From contig CM059430.1 in assembly GCA_030390025.1 (NCBI GenBank), positions 61,504,001-61,568,000 of the forward strand: a stretch of DNA of 64,000 bases. Direction: 5' to 3'. The notes below the pieces were generated by a model. The model had not been told where the DNA came from, did no database searches, and saw nothing but the letters and a program-made list of their open reading frames with translations. Shown in pieces: positions 14,541 through 27,827 of the stretch. A program made the position numbers and the translations under genes. Source of the stretch: Squalus acanthias (taxonomy: Eukaryota). Each line of letters begins with the position of its first letter. Position 1 is the stretch's first letter.

Positions 14541-17500
14541 GCAGTCTGGGATAGTCTCGTTGTCCACAAACTCCCACTTACTAAAATCCCGACACAGTGC
14601 CTGTATTGCCAAGTCTTCATTAATTAATTAATTAATTAATTAACTTATTTCATTGTTGGTTATCTGTAGTTTATTTCTTGAACTATTTGGTCACTTGAGG
14701 TCTAGATTGAATAAATAGGTAGATTTAGCTCAATGTTTGGTAAATTAGCAGTTAGTTACTGTGATTAACTGATTCGCTATTTATCAGTCATTAGTGTCTT
14801 TAAATTGCCCTAGTGCAATAAGATGTCTTTGGGTCCAAATGGTTGGAGCCTCTCCAGTTTAGTCGAAGAAAGAATACGGGTGGACGAATATTATTTCACT
14901 GTTCTCGTCGCAATTACTGCTTCGCTGCTCCCATTTGTTTCCGTAGAAATACCGAATACGATGTATCCCGCAATGCGACCGCGTAATTTTAACCATTCCA
15001 GGTTCACAGTGTCCAACTTTCTCTTCAAAGAGCAAACTTTCATTTGAATTGGTTTCGCCCATGGCATAAATTCTGATGGTGGATTTTGAGTACAAATCAA
15101 TGTCAGATGTTAATGGGCCTCCAACGCGTCTCGTATTTATAATTCTACGACCAGAACTTTCTCTCTCAGTCACTTCATTTTACATCAGTAAAATATAAGA
15201 CATATGAAAGGTTTACACACTCGATACAACTTGACACGTATAAATATCAACATTTAGATTTATTGAAAAATGTCGTCAGCTGGAAACATTCATCCATCAA
15301 GATACGTGTCAGGCCGCAAAAAATACTGACATGAAGTGTCAGCTACATCCCTCTCCTCCTTCTTAATACTGCATTTACATAGAAAGCAATAAGCTCATTA
15401 TATACAGGAGCCAACTAGCAGTTACCTTTGTATAATCTAATGCTGCAGAAAGAGTGTGTAGCGAAGTATAATGGAAACCGGCTGTAAGCGAGTACTGCAG
15501 GAACCCTTTATCCGTTTCGATTGCGGCTCCTTCATCGCGTTCCCTGCTTTCGTATGTTGCTGCTTTTAATTCCCAGCTGTGCCTGGACAGGCGTTATTCT
15601 TTCCCAAAGGCTAACCTATTGCTCTCGTGGAATTTTGAGCAGCGGAGGCAGAGATTATCAGCAGTTCTTTACCTGGCCATTAAAAACAACATTCAGAATC
15701 ATAGAATCATAGAAATTGAAGGCACAGTAGGAGGCCATTCGGCCCATCGTGTCTGTGTTTTTCAATAATGTAATTACCTTGTTTATTTTTTCTATTTTCC
15801 ACCCACACGCGGTGCCCTTTAGAACACGTCAGCATCAATATAAATAGACTCACAGACACACTCACAACTGCATAAATATCCAACTATTATTAAATTAAAG
15901 AAACGTTCTTCAATTATATCCTTTAATTGTGATTCGACAATAATTATCAAAATAATCTTACATTAAATCATTCTAGGACTAAGACAAACTTTCCTCTATT
16001 TTAAATAAATATGCCGTCATCTCAGGATGTCAAAAAAATATTAGGATGCAAAACTTACATTTATGTTTAATAACTTTCATTCGGCGATATTCTTTCACTC
16101 ATAATGATTGTGTATGTGTAATTGTGCACTTTATCTTTTCTATATTACGAATAAATTGATATAAACATTAACAACCGATTACCTAAATCAGAACCGATGT
16201 CGCACTGAATCGTTTCCACTGCACTTAATGTAGAATGATATTGATATAAAAATACTGCTCTTAGTTATATGAATATCTGAATGAGAACCTTCGAACCGTC
16301 TGCACTCACCTGATGTCCAATACTCCCTTGCACGCATACAATTACATTTCACACTGAAAAAATCCACATCTTAAGGAACCCTTGGGTATACCACCGAGCC
16401 ATACAAATCAGAAGATGCCAGGTTGGATTGCCTGTCTGTGTTGTGTTAAATGATCCCAGTTCCTGCAGCAGTTGAAACGATAAAACTGGCCTGAGCGCCC
16501 AGGGAGAGGAAGAGGGCAATTGACATTATATCCTGCTTGTGACTGTTACCCAGGGGCCGCTGCTAGAAATTGCAAGTCTAATGAGAACGGGATCGGGATC
16601 GACCATGTGATGCCTGTCGGTACTCACACTCTATGCCCACACGGGAACATAAGAACATAAGAAATAAGAGCAGGAGTAGGCCATTTGGCCCTTCGAGCCG
16701 GATCCGCCATTCAATAAGATCTTTTACCTCATATCCACTTTCCTGCACTATCTCCATATCTCTTGATCCCCTTAATATTCAAAAATCTATCGATCTCTAT
16801 CTTGAATATACTCAACGACTGAGCCTCCACAGCCCTCTGGGGTAGAGAATTCCAAAAATTAACCACTCTCTGAGTGAAGAAATTTCTCCTCATCTCAGTC
16901 GTAAACGGCCGACCCCTTATTCTGAGACAGTGACCCCTGGTTCTAGACTCCCCAAGAAGGGGAAAATTTAACCTGTTAAGCCCTGTAAGAATTTTGTGTG
17001 TTTCAATGAGATCACCTCTCATTCTTCTAAACTCTGGAGAATATAGGCCTAGTCTACTCCAATCTCTCTTCATAGGACAATCCCCCCACCCCTGGAACCA
17101 GTCTGGTGAACCTTCGTTGCACTCCCTCTATGGCAAGCATATCCTTCCTTAGGTAAGGAGAAAAAAACTGCATGCAATTCTCCATGTGTGGTCTCACCAG
17201 GGCCCTATATAATTGCAGTAAGATGTCTTTACTCTTATACTCAAATCCTCTTGTAATAAAGGCCAACATACTTCTTTCCTAATTGCTTGCTGTACCTGCA
17301 TGTTAACTTTCAGTGATTTGTGTACCAGGACACCCAGGTACCTCTGAACACCAACATTTCCGTATCTCTCAACATTTAAAAAATACTCTGCTTCTCTATT
17401 TTTCCTACCAAAGTGGATAACTTCACATTTATCCTCATTATATTCCATTTGCCATGTTCTTTCCCACTCAGTTAGCCTGTCTATAACCCCTTGAAGCCTC

Positions 17501-17789
17501 CTTGCATCCTCCTCACAACTTACATTCCATCCAGCTTTGTATCTTCAGTAAACTTGAACATATTACATTTGGTCCCCTCATCCAATTCATTGATGTAGAT
17601 TGTGAATAGCTGAGGCCCAAGCACTTATCCTTGTGGTACGCCAGTAGTTACAGCCTGTCAGCCCAATAATGACCTGTTTATTCCTACTCTCTGATTTCTG
17701 TCCGTTAACTAATCCTCAATCCATGCTAATACATTACCCCCATCCCATGAGCCCTAATTTTGTTTACTAACCTCTTATGTGGCACCTTT

Positions 17790-19345
17790 ATGGAATTTAA
17801 TACAGAGAAGTGTGAGGGGATGCATTCTGGGAGAAGGAACAGGGAGAGACAATATACACTTAATGGCACAGTTTTAAAGATTGTGCAGGGACAGAGTGAC
17901 GTGGGAGTTAATGTGCATAGATCCCTGAAGGTGGCAGGACATATTGAGAGAGTGATTAGCAAAGCATATGGGATCTTGGGCTTCATAAATAGAGGTATTG
18001 AGTACAAAAGTAGAGAAGTTATGCTCAACCTTTATAAAGTGCTGGTTAGGCCGCAACTGGAGTATTGCATCCAGTTCTGGTCACCACACTTTAGGTGGAT
18101 GTGAAGGCCCTTGAGAGGGTGCAGAGGAGAATCACCAGAATGGTTCCGGGGATGGGGTATCTTAGCTACAAGGACAGGTTGCCGAAGCTGGATTTGTTTT
18201 CATCAGAGCAAAGGAGGTGGAGGGGTTATTTGATAGAGGTGTACAAATTACGACTGGTTTTGATAGGCTAGTCGGGGAAAGGCTGTTCCCACTAGTTGAT
18301 GGTACAAGAACTAGGGGACACAGATTTAAGGTTTTGGTCAAGAGATGCAGGGGCATGTGAGGAAAACCTTTTTACACAGTAAGTGCTGAGGACCTGAAAT
18401 TCACTGCCTACGGAGGTGGTGGAAGCGGAGACACTCAGGGCTGGATTTTGTCTTGGGGTCGGGTCTTCCGCATTCCGTGTTATCCACCCGCCTGAAATTG
18501 GATGTGGGAGATTGATGCAATTTTCACTTAATTGGGCAATTGAGTTCCAGCATGTGGGAACCCATGAACCAATTAGTGGTTTCAGTCTGAAAGTCGCCTC
18601 TGATGATGTCATCATTGTAGGTCACAGACTGCCTGGTCTGGTCTCAGAGATTGCCTGGCCTTTGCTGTGAGACGACCTGGATGCAAAATGCAGCATCTCA
18701 GCAGAGAGAGAGAGAGAGAGAATTTTTTTTTTCCATCCAGGTCCTCCAAAGGCCCTGGCAGTCTCTGAAGACATTCAATGCAGTAGCATCAGAGGCGACT
18801 TTCAGACCTAATACTACTACTACCTTCACACATCTCCATTGTAATAGTGGACCTGCAGCTGATAGTCAGCTATCCACTTGTGCTCCTGACAGGTTTCACT
18901 GGCGTGTTTCACATCAGGCGTGCTTCACGTCGGAAAAGAGTTAAACTGGCTAAAACATTTCAAAATGGCATTGCAGAGCCAATTTAGGGCTTGTTAAGGG
19001 CTTTAATGGCCTCTCCCGCCTCTTGGAGGCGGGACGGAGTCGGGAACACCTCACATGATTTTATCAAAATTGCGTGGAGGCGGGTTGGAGGCGGGCTGTT
19101 GTCGGGAATCCCCGAATCTGCAACTTTAACCCCCCACACGCCTCCAAACCCGACTCCACGGGTCATTGAAAATCCAGCCCTCAATATTTTCAAGGGAAGA
19201 CTGGATAGGAACTTGAAGGAAATAAACTTGCAGGGCTACGGGGATAGAACGGGGGAATGGGGCTGACTGGATTGTTCTACAAATAGCTGACAGGGATGCG
19301 ATGGCCGAATGACCTCCTTCTCTGCTGTATGACTCTATGACTCCA
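17790..19345 (+). mobile_element. 5'-truncated CR1 carrying a MITE insertion
   Basis: MEFNTEKC...LVRPQLEYCIQFWSP; tail tatgactctatgactc. Confidence 0.85.
18438..19180. mobile_element. PIF/Harbinger-type MITE (743 bp), TSD TCA
   Basis: Perfect TIR GGGCTGGATTTT/AAAATCCAGCCC flanked by TCA on both sides; removing it restores the CR1 3' sequence. Confidence 0.9.
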
Positions 19346-19911
19346 TGACCTTATCAAATGCCTTCTGAAAATCCAAAGCAACCACATCCACTGGTTCCCC
19401 CTTATCTATTCTGCGAGTTACATCATCAAAAAATTCTAACAGATTTGTCAAACACGATTTCCCTTTCATAAATCCATGTTGACTCTGCCCAATCGTATTA
19501 TTATTTTCTAATTGCCCTGTTACCACGTCCTTAATAATAGTTTCTAGCATTTTCCCTACGACTGATTTCAGGCTAACTGGTCTGTAGTTCCCCGTTTTTC
19601 TCTCCTTCCTTTTTTAAATAGTAGGGTTCCATTTGCTACCTTCCAATCTGCTGGAACCATTCTAGAATCTATGTAATTTTGGAAAATGACAACCAATGCA
19701 TCTACTATCGCTATAGCCAACTCTATCAAAAGTATAGGATGTAGCTTATCGGTTCCAGTGGATTTATTGGCTTTCAGTCCCATTTATTTCTCCAGTACTA
19801 CTTTTTTACTAATACTAATTTCTTTCAGTTCCTCATTCTCGCTAGACCCTTGGTTCTCCACTATTTCCGGGAAGTTTTTTGCGTATTCTTCTGTGAAGAC
19901 AGACACAAATT

Positions 19912-21411
19912 GGGCAGGATTTTCCAACCCTCACGTGTGTGTACGAGGTGTGTACGCACCCGTAGAGGCCTTGCAAGTGTCGGGTTTAGGCATGTGAAGC
20001 ACATGCGCTAAAACCCGGCACTTCTGATCTGTCAAGAATTCTTTTGACAGATCATCCATCTGCTCACGAAAAGGGCCTCCGCAGGTTGAGAGTTGCGCTT
20101 TCTGCACAACTTCTGCCCGCTGAAAACCTTTAAAAATCTTACGCCTAGTAAGGCCTGCTTTTACCAGCATAAGAGTTTAAAAAAATAAAAAATAATTTTT
20201 TTCACTCATTTATAATTTAAAAATACTTTTTAAAATGTAAGTTTCTTTATAGTAGCGTAAAAAACTTTAATTATTTTTTTCAAAAAATTAAATTTTATTT
20301 TAAATATATAATTTAATGGGCCGTATTTTCCAGTCGGAGGCTTCCCGCGTGCAGAGGCCTCCGATGTGGAAATAATCTATGGACTTATCTGAGGGCTCCC
20401 TAGGTCAGCACACTTCCAATGCTGGGCCTCTCCAACTCGAACTGCATAGGTCCCACGTATCCCAGGGGCGCATGCGATTTGCAAGCGTCCCTGGGATCAC
20501 GTGGGCCATGGGGAGCCAATCAAAGAAGGGAATCTCCCTTCATACACTTGACAGATAGACCTGTCAAATATATGAATGGAGATCACACCCAGAAACACTG
20601 TAAAACATTAAATAAAATTAAAAAAACATCACATTTTTAAAATTAGTTGAAATTACAATAAATTAAATATCTTAAACAAAATTTAATTTTTTGAGAAAGT
20701 AATTAAAGTTTTTTACGGGACTAAAAATTAACTTACTTTTTTAAAAGTATTTTTAAATGATAAATGAGTGAAAAATATATTTTTTTACTTTTATCAAATC
20801 TTATGCTGGTAAAAGCAGGCCTTACCTGCATAAGACTGCTAAGGGTTTTCTGCGGGCGGAGGTTCTCCAGAAAGCAGAACTATCTGCCCGCAGATGCCCT
20901 TCTCTAGGGCAGGCATCCGATCTGTCAAGAGCATTCTTGACAGATCGGAAATGATGGTTTTCAGCGCATGAGCTTTGCATGCCTGAAACTGGCATTTCCA
21001 ATGTCCCTACGGGTGTGTACACAGCGCGTACACATCCGTAGGGATCAGAATAAACGGCCGAATGTAATTTTTACTAATTTTAAATAAGTGATTTAAAAAG
21101 AAAATTATTTAATGTTTAACTGTGTTTTTTACGTAATACCCATTCATACTTTTGACAAATCCGTGCGTAGAGACCTGTCAATAGTGTGAAGGGGGATTCC
21201 CTTCTTTGATTGGTTCCACATGGCGCATGTGAGCCCAGGGGTGCTTGCGAACCACATTCGCCCATGGGATACTTGGGCCTCTGTGCATTTCGGAGAGCAG
21301 AGGCCCAAGATCGGAAGTCTCGGGACCTATCGAGCCAGCAGGTATGTTCGTAGATTTTTTCCGATCGGAGGCATCCACACGTAGGAAGCCTCCGATTGGA
21401 AAATAAGTCCC
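19912..21411. mobile_element. Harbinger-type MITE containing an inverted copy of the same family (20318-21060, TSD AAT)
   Basis: Outer TIRs gggcaggattttccaa/ttggaaaataagtccc; inner gggccgtatttt...taaacggccg flanked by AAT; inner halves are reverse-complement homologs of the outer halves. Confidence 0.85.
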
Positions 21412-22289
21412 AAAGTTTTTGTTTAATTTCTCAGCCTATTCCTTATTCCCATTATAGTTTCTGCTGTCTCAATCTGTAAGGGGCCCACATTTACTTTCGC
21501 TAATCTTTGCCTTTGTACATACCTATAGAAGCTTTTACAGTCTGTTTTGATGTCGCTCACTAGTTTACTCTCGAATTCTATTTCCTTTCTTTGTCATTAT
21601 CTTGGCCCTCCTTTGCTGAATTCTAAAATCCTCCCAATCCTCAGGCTTACTACTGTTTTTGGCAACATTATAAACCTCTTCCTTTGATTATAATACTATC
21701 TTTATCTTCTCTTGTTAGCCTCGGTGGGACCACTTTTCCTGTGGGGTTTTTGTGCCTTAAAGGAATGTATATTTGTTTTAAATTATGTATCAATTCTTTA
21801 AATGCTAGCCATTGCTCGTCCACTGTCATAACTTTTAATGTAGTTTCCCAATCTACCTTAACCAACTCGCCCCTCATACCTATGTCGTTTGCTTTGTTTA
21901 GATTTAAGACCCTAGTTTCGGATTTAACTAAGTCACTTTCAAATTCAATATAAAATTCTATCATATTATGGTCACTCTTTCCTAAGGCCCCTTTACTACA
22001 AAGTTCTTAATTCTCAGTGGCCACGTGGGAAACATATGGAGAAGGCTGTGGATATCCCAGCAAGAATCTGCGCTTTGAGAAGAGGAGAAAACAGGCGAAA
22101 ATGGCAAAGTAACCACACGAAAACAGCGCACTCTGAGAGGCATGTATACCAGATTAAAGCATTGTCTCAGAATACCAACCTCGCAGTTTTTGCTGATGTT
22201 AAAGCAATAATGAACAAGAGCACTCGGAAAGTGGCACCTGTGATATGAAATATTCAACCATACATATAAACCATCGAAAATACAAGACA

Positions 22290-22720
22290 AAAGTTGCATT
22301 TATACAGAACCTTTTATCACGACAGGACGTTCCAAAGAGTATTTCCAAAGGACTATAGAATGTTCCAAACAACAATTGAAGTACTTTTGAAGTGTAGTCG
22401 CTGTTGTAATGTAGGGTAAAGCAGTAGCCTATTTGCACACAGCAAGCTCCCACAAAAAGCAATGAGATAAACGACCAAATAATCGGTTTTAATAAATTGG
22501 ATTGAGGAATAATTATTGGCCAGGACACAGGGGAGATCTTCCATGCTCATCGACAAAATAGCGCCATGGGATCTCTTACATCCACCCAAGAGGGCAGACG
22601 GGTCTCATTCAGTGCTGCGCTGCAATATTAGCGTGGAGTTTGTGCTCAAGTCTCTGAAGTGAGAACATGAACCCACAACCTTCTGACTCAGGACAAGGAG
22701 CTACCACTGTGCCAAGGCTC
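22290..22720 (-). mobile_element. Deu-domain SINE (SacSINE1/AmnSINE-like)
   Basis: tRNA-like head at about 22660-22715 (reverse complement tggcacagtggtagc...gtgggttca); Deu core ggatgtaagagatcccatggcgctat...ccctgtgtcctggccaa. Confidence 0.7.
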
Positions 22721-25700
22721 AAAATTGCGTCCGATGTTCAGCGTTTACTATTTGAATTGTCCTGTAGGAAACTGAATTAAATATGAAAATTGTCATGTTA
22801 AAGTATCGTTTTTCTATGTTGTCAGCAATTTGGTGGCAAAGCGTTTTAATCGTTAATCTTAAATTACATAGAAGCATTGATTAGTTCAGTGCAGAGGTGG
22901 GCCTTTCAGCCCATCGAATCTGCGCTGGCTTTTTCAAAGAGCAATACTGTTAGCTTCACTCCCCCACTCATTCCTCATGATCCTGCAATTTTATTCTCCT
23001 TCAAGTATTTATCCAATACCCTTTTGAAGGCTACTATTACAACTGTATCTACCTCCCTATCCAAATCCTAACCACTCGATGCATGAAAATATTTTTCATA
23101 AGAACATAAGAAATAGGAGCAGGATTGGCCATAGGCCACTCGAGCCTGATCCACCATTCAATAAGAACCTGGATGATCATCGACCTCAACTTCACTTACC
23201 CACCTGATCCCCATATCCCTTGATTCCCTTAGAGTCGAAAAGATCTATCGATCTTAGCCTCTCAGCATTTACCCTGTCAAACCCTCTCAGAATATTTTAT
23301 ATTTCAATGAGATTACCACTCATTCTTCTAAACTCCAGAGAGTTTAGTCCCAAGCTACTCAATTTCTCCTCATAGGACAACCCTATCACCCCAGAAATCA
23401 ATCTAGTGAACCTTCGTTGCACCCCCTCTAAGGCAAGTATATGATTCCTTAGGTACGGAGACCAAAGCTGTACACAGTACTCCAGGTGTGGTCTCACCAA
23501 AGTGCTGTACAATTGCAGCACGACTTCCTTACTTTAGTACTCCAACTCCCCTGCAATAAAGGTCAACATACCATTTACCTTCCTAATTGCTTGCTGTACC
23601 TGCATGTTAATGTTCTGTGATTCGTGTACAACGACAGCAAAATCCTTCTGAACACCAGCATTTAATAATTTATCACACTTAAAATAATCTGTTTTTCTAT
23701 TCTTCCTACCAAAATGAATGACCTCACAATTCCCCACCTTATACTCTACCTGCCACCTTCTTGCCCATTCACTTAACCCGTCTGTATCTCTTTGCAGACT
23801 GTTTGTGTCCTCCTCACAGCTTACTTTCCCACCTAGCTTTTATTGTCAGCAAACTTGGATACATTACACTCGGTCCCTTCATCTAAGTCATTAATATAAA
23901 TTGTAAATAGCTGAGGCCCCAACACTGATCCTTGCAGCACCCACTAGTAACATCCTGTCAGCTTGAAAATGACTTGTTTATCCTCGTCTCTGTTTTCTGT
24001 CCTTTAACCAAACCTCTATCCATGCTAATATATTACCCCCCAACCCCATGTGCCCTTATCTTGTATAAAAACCATTCGTGTGGCACCTTATCGAATACCT
24101 TTGGAAAACCCAAATATACTACCTCCACTGGTTGGCCTTTATCTACTCTGCGAGTTACATGCACAAAATACTCTAATAAATTTGGTAAACACGATTTCCC
24201 TTTCGCAAAACCATGTTGACTCTGTCTAATCATACTATGATTTTCTAAGTGCACTGTTAACAGTTTTTTAATAATAGATTCCAGTATTTTCCTGGTGACT
24301 GATATCAGGCTAACTGGCCAGTAGTTCCCTGTTTTTTCACCTTCCTTTCTTGAATAGCGGTGTTACATTTGCTACCTTCCAATCCACTGGGACCATTCCA
24401 GAATCTAGGGAATTTTGGAAGATCACAATCAATACATCCACTGTTTCTGCAGGCACCTCTTTTAGAACCCTAGGATGTAGGCTATCAGGCCCAGAGGATT
24501 TGTCGGCTTTTAGACCCATTAATTTCTCCAATATTTTTTCTTTACTAATATTAATTACTTTAAGTTCCTTACTCTAATTAGTCACTTGATTCCCTACTGT
24601 TGATGATATATGTTTTGTTTCTTCTACTGTGAAAGCAGTTACAAAATAATAGTTTAACGTCTCTGCCGTTTCCTTATTTCTCATTATAATTTCTCCTGTC
24701 TCAGCGTCTAAGAGACCCACATTTACTTTCACCACTCTCTTCCTTTTTACATACTTTTAGAATCTTACAAATTTTTTTATATTTCTTGATACTTTACTCA
24801 CAGATTCTATTTTCTCTATTTATTAATTTTTGGTCATCCTTTGCTGGTTTTTAAAAGTCTCCCAATGCTCGGGCTTACTACTCCTCTCGGCAACATTGTA
24901 AGCCTCTTCTTTTAATCTATTACCATCCTTAACCTCTGTAGTTAGCCACGAGAAAAGGTCACCTTTTCCGTGGAGTTTTTATTTCTCAATGTAATCTATA
25001 TTTGGTGAGAATTATGAAATATTTTTAAATGTTCGCCATCTTATCTTTTAATCTAATTTTCTAATCTACCTTAGCTAACTCGCCCCTCATACCTTTGTCA
25101 TTGGCTTTATTTGTAATACTCTAGTATCGGACTTAAGTATGTTACTCTCGAACTCAACGTGAAATTCTATCATATTATGATCACTCTAGCCCCAGAGGCT
25201 CCCTTACTATGACATTACCTCATTACACGAGACAAGTTCTAAAATAGCCTGTTCCCTGGTTGGTTCCACGAAATATTGTTCGAGGGAACTGTCTCAAATG
25301 GATTCCCTGAACTCGTTTTCCAAACTACTTTTGCCAATTTGATTTGTTCAGTCTATATGAAGATTGACGTCCCCCACGATTGTTGCAGTACCTTTGTTAC
25401 AAGTTCCTCTTATTTCATGATTAATACTCTGTCCAACAGTATAGCTACTGTTGGGGAGCGGGCTATAAACTACTTCCACCAGTGTTTTCTGTCCCTTGTT
25501 ATTTCATTTCTCCACCCATACTAATTCTACTTCCTGCTCTTATGAACCAAGATCCTTCCTCAATATTGTCCTTATGTCATCCTTTATTATTAGAGATACC
25601 CCCTCCTTTTCCATTTTGTATGTCTTTTCGAAACGTAAATTACCCTGGAATATTTAGTTCCCAACCTTGGTCACCATGCACCAACGGCGATCTATTGGCT

Positions 25701-26534
25701 ATTAGATCAAACCAGTTTATCTCAATTTATGCCATTAATTCGTCTGTTTTGTTATGAATGCTTTGTGCATTAAGATAAAGTGCCTTTAATTTTAGTGTTT
25801 TATTATTTTTTCCTGATTTAGGTTTACTGATGCATTATTACTGTCCATTTCTGCCACACTCTGTTTATCATTACCTAAATTACAACACTGCTCTATGGCC
25901 TTGACTTTTCTCTATAGATTTATACATTTCCCCTCACCAGCACACTCCCCACTTTTCACTTTAAAGCCCTGTCTACAGCCCTAGTTATTCGATTCAGCAG
26001 GACATTGGTCCCAGCCCGGTCTAATTGGAGACTGTCCCAACAGAAAAGCACCCTCTTTCCCCAGTACTGCTGCCAGTGCCCCTTGAATCATAACCCCTAA
26101 TTCCCACACCACACTTTCAGCCATGTATTCAACTCTCACTGTTTGACCCGATGCTAATTTGTGCTTATCTCAGCTAGTAATCCAGAGATCATTACCTTTA
26201 AGATTCTGCTTTTCAATTTGGACCCGAGCTCCTCAAACTCCCTCAGCAGAACTTCATTCCTAGGTTTCCTTATGTCGTTGGTTCCTACGTGGACTACGAC
26301 AGCTGGATCATCTCCCTCCCACTCCAAGTTCTTCTCCAGCTGCGAGGAGATGCCCTTAACCCTGGCACTGGGCAGGCAGCACCACCTTCGGAACTCCTGT
26401 TTGTGGCCAAAGAGAACATTATCTATCCCCATGAATAAACTGTCCTCTACCACGACCACAATCTATTTCACTTCACTCACCGGAATAGCCTCCTGTACCA
26501 CGGTACTGTTGTCAGTTTGCTTATCTACCCATAA

Positions 26535-26895
26535 TAACAACAGAAAATGCTGGAAAAACTCAGCAGGCCAGGCAGCATCCGTGGAGAGAGAAAGAGAGTT
26601 AACGTTTCAGGTCGATGACCTTTCGTCAGAACTGTGAAGAGCCGGAAATCAAATAGATTTAAGGCCAGAGTAAAGCTGGGAAAAGGGGGAGGGGATAAAA
26701 GAACAAAGGGGGAGATGAAGAGACATTAAGAGACATTAAGAGATATGCAAGGCTAGAGGTGGTGTTAATGTGACAGATTAAGGCTGAAAGAAGTGTGAAA
26801 TCCACTGGCAGAATGAAGGACAGCTGCCAGCTTCTAGGAGGAAAAAAAAGGTGGGGGGGGGGGCAAATAAAAGGGGTGGAAAAAATAAAATATAA
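26535..26895 (-). mobile_element. Penelope-like pLTR fragment inserted in CR1 ORF1
   Basis: aaatgctggaaaaactcagcaggccaggcagcatc...gttaacgtttcaggtcgatgacc; the same repeat flanks the GIY-YIG fragment at 62.6 kb. Confidence 0.75.
26597..26633 (-). ncRNA. Minimal type I hammerhead ribozyme motif (Penelope pLTR)
   Basis: AGUU-CUGACGA-A-AGGUC(AUC)GACCU-GAAAC-GUU-AACU: intact core, 5-bp stem II, 4-bp stem I, palindromic AACGUU in place of stem III. Confidence 0.65.
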
Positions 26896-27619
26896 ATCTA
26901 CCCTGCAGACTTTGACTTCATCTACACAGGCAGCAAGAACCTAGTACCTGTTGGATAACAGCAAGGGCTGAGGTTCCTCCAGCACTGCTCCTGACTTGCC
27001 TGACTCACAGTCACACCCTCCTGTCCATTAACACGAACCAGACCTGTGCCACTACCTAACCTAAGGGGTGTGACTGCCTCCTAGATCAAAGTGTCCAGTA
27101 ACTCTCCCCCTCCCTCCAGTTTAGCAATTCTGAGCTGAAATTCCTCGAGATGTAGACACTTACTGCAGATACGTTTGTCCAAGATCCTGATGCTCCCCAC
27201 AAACTCCCACATGCTGCAGTTGCGACACACCTTCTGCCATTCCTATATAACGTTGTTTTATTTATTTAATCAATTGAAGTTTATGTAATTAACCAACTTT
27301 TATTTATATTCTTTATTTTTTAACTAATTACTTGATCTAATTTAAGTTATAGGTATATTAAATTAAATAATTAGCTGCAACTTACCCCGCCACCCTTCCT
27401 TCTGCTGTGCCACCACTTTGCGATTTTTCTATCATGCCGCTCTCGGCTTCACCGTTTTCTTAGATCTCAGATCTATTTGTTTAACTAACGTGTACTATGG
27501 TCGTAATACGCTGATAGATGAGAAATTAAACAATTAAATATGATTCCTCAGCTCCCGCCACTCCTCACTCTATACTGACATTGATGTCATTTTTTGAGTT
27601 TTTCCCTCCGTTTGTCTGG

Positions 27620-27740
27620 TAACAGCTGCTGCTCTCTGCCCCGCTCCTTTTAATCAGCTGCTGCTCTCTGCCCCGCTCCTTTTAAATCACTGGTGCTCGG
27701 GATCCCGCTCTTTTTAATCAGCTGCTGCTCTCTGCAGCTG
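27620..27740. repeat. Short tandem repeat, about 32-bp unit x3-4 (CR1 5' end)
   Basis: cagctgctgctctctgccccgctccttttaat repeated. Confidence 0.8.
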
Positions 27741-27827
27741 CTTACAAAGAAACAGCTGGCAAAAATAAATGTCTCATCTCGGTAAAACCAATCCTATCTG
27801 TGTATACTTCGAAGGTGATTTCCTGAA

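Larger units (their letters stand above)
16645..22010 (-). mobile_element. CR1 LINE ORF2, interrupted by a plus-strand CR1 (17790-19345) and a nested MITE pair
   Basis: Tail aacataagaacataag at 16647; RT motifs; ggcacctt at about 17788 resumes as accttatcaaatgcc at about 19348. Confidence 0.85.
23097..27740 (-). mobile_element. Near full-length degraded CR1 LINE immediately 3' of the TM exon
   Basis: Tail cataagaacataag at 23097; RT, APE and ORF1 (VVVHVGTNDI) fragments; 5' tandem repeats at 27620-27740. Confidence 0.88.

Noticed and set aside
14823-15173. Overlapping ORFs in unique sequence (104 aa minus, 74 aa plus)
   Set aside because: No Ig or other recognisable motif and no convincing splice sites; likely 3'UTR or intergenic.
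15420-15580. Minus-strand frame with FHYTSL/LDYTKV tyrosine motifs as a possible signalling tail
   Set aside because: Not reachable in frame from the candidate upstream exons (it needs a different phase); such short motifs arise by chance.
27620-27740. About 32-bp repeats as a CRISPR-like array
   Set aside because: Contiguous tandem units without spacers at a CR1 5' end in eukaryotic DNA.
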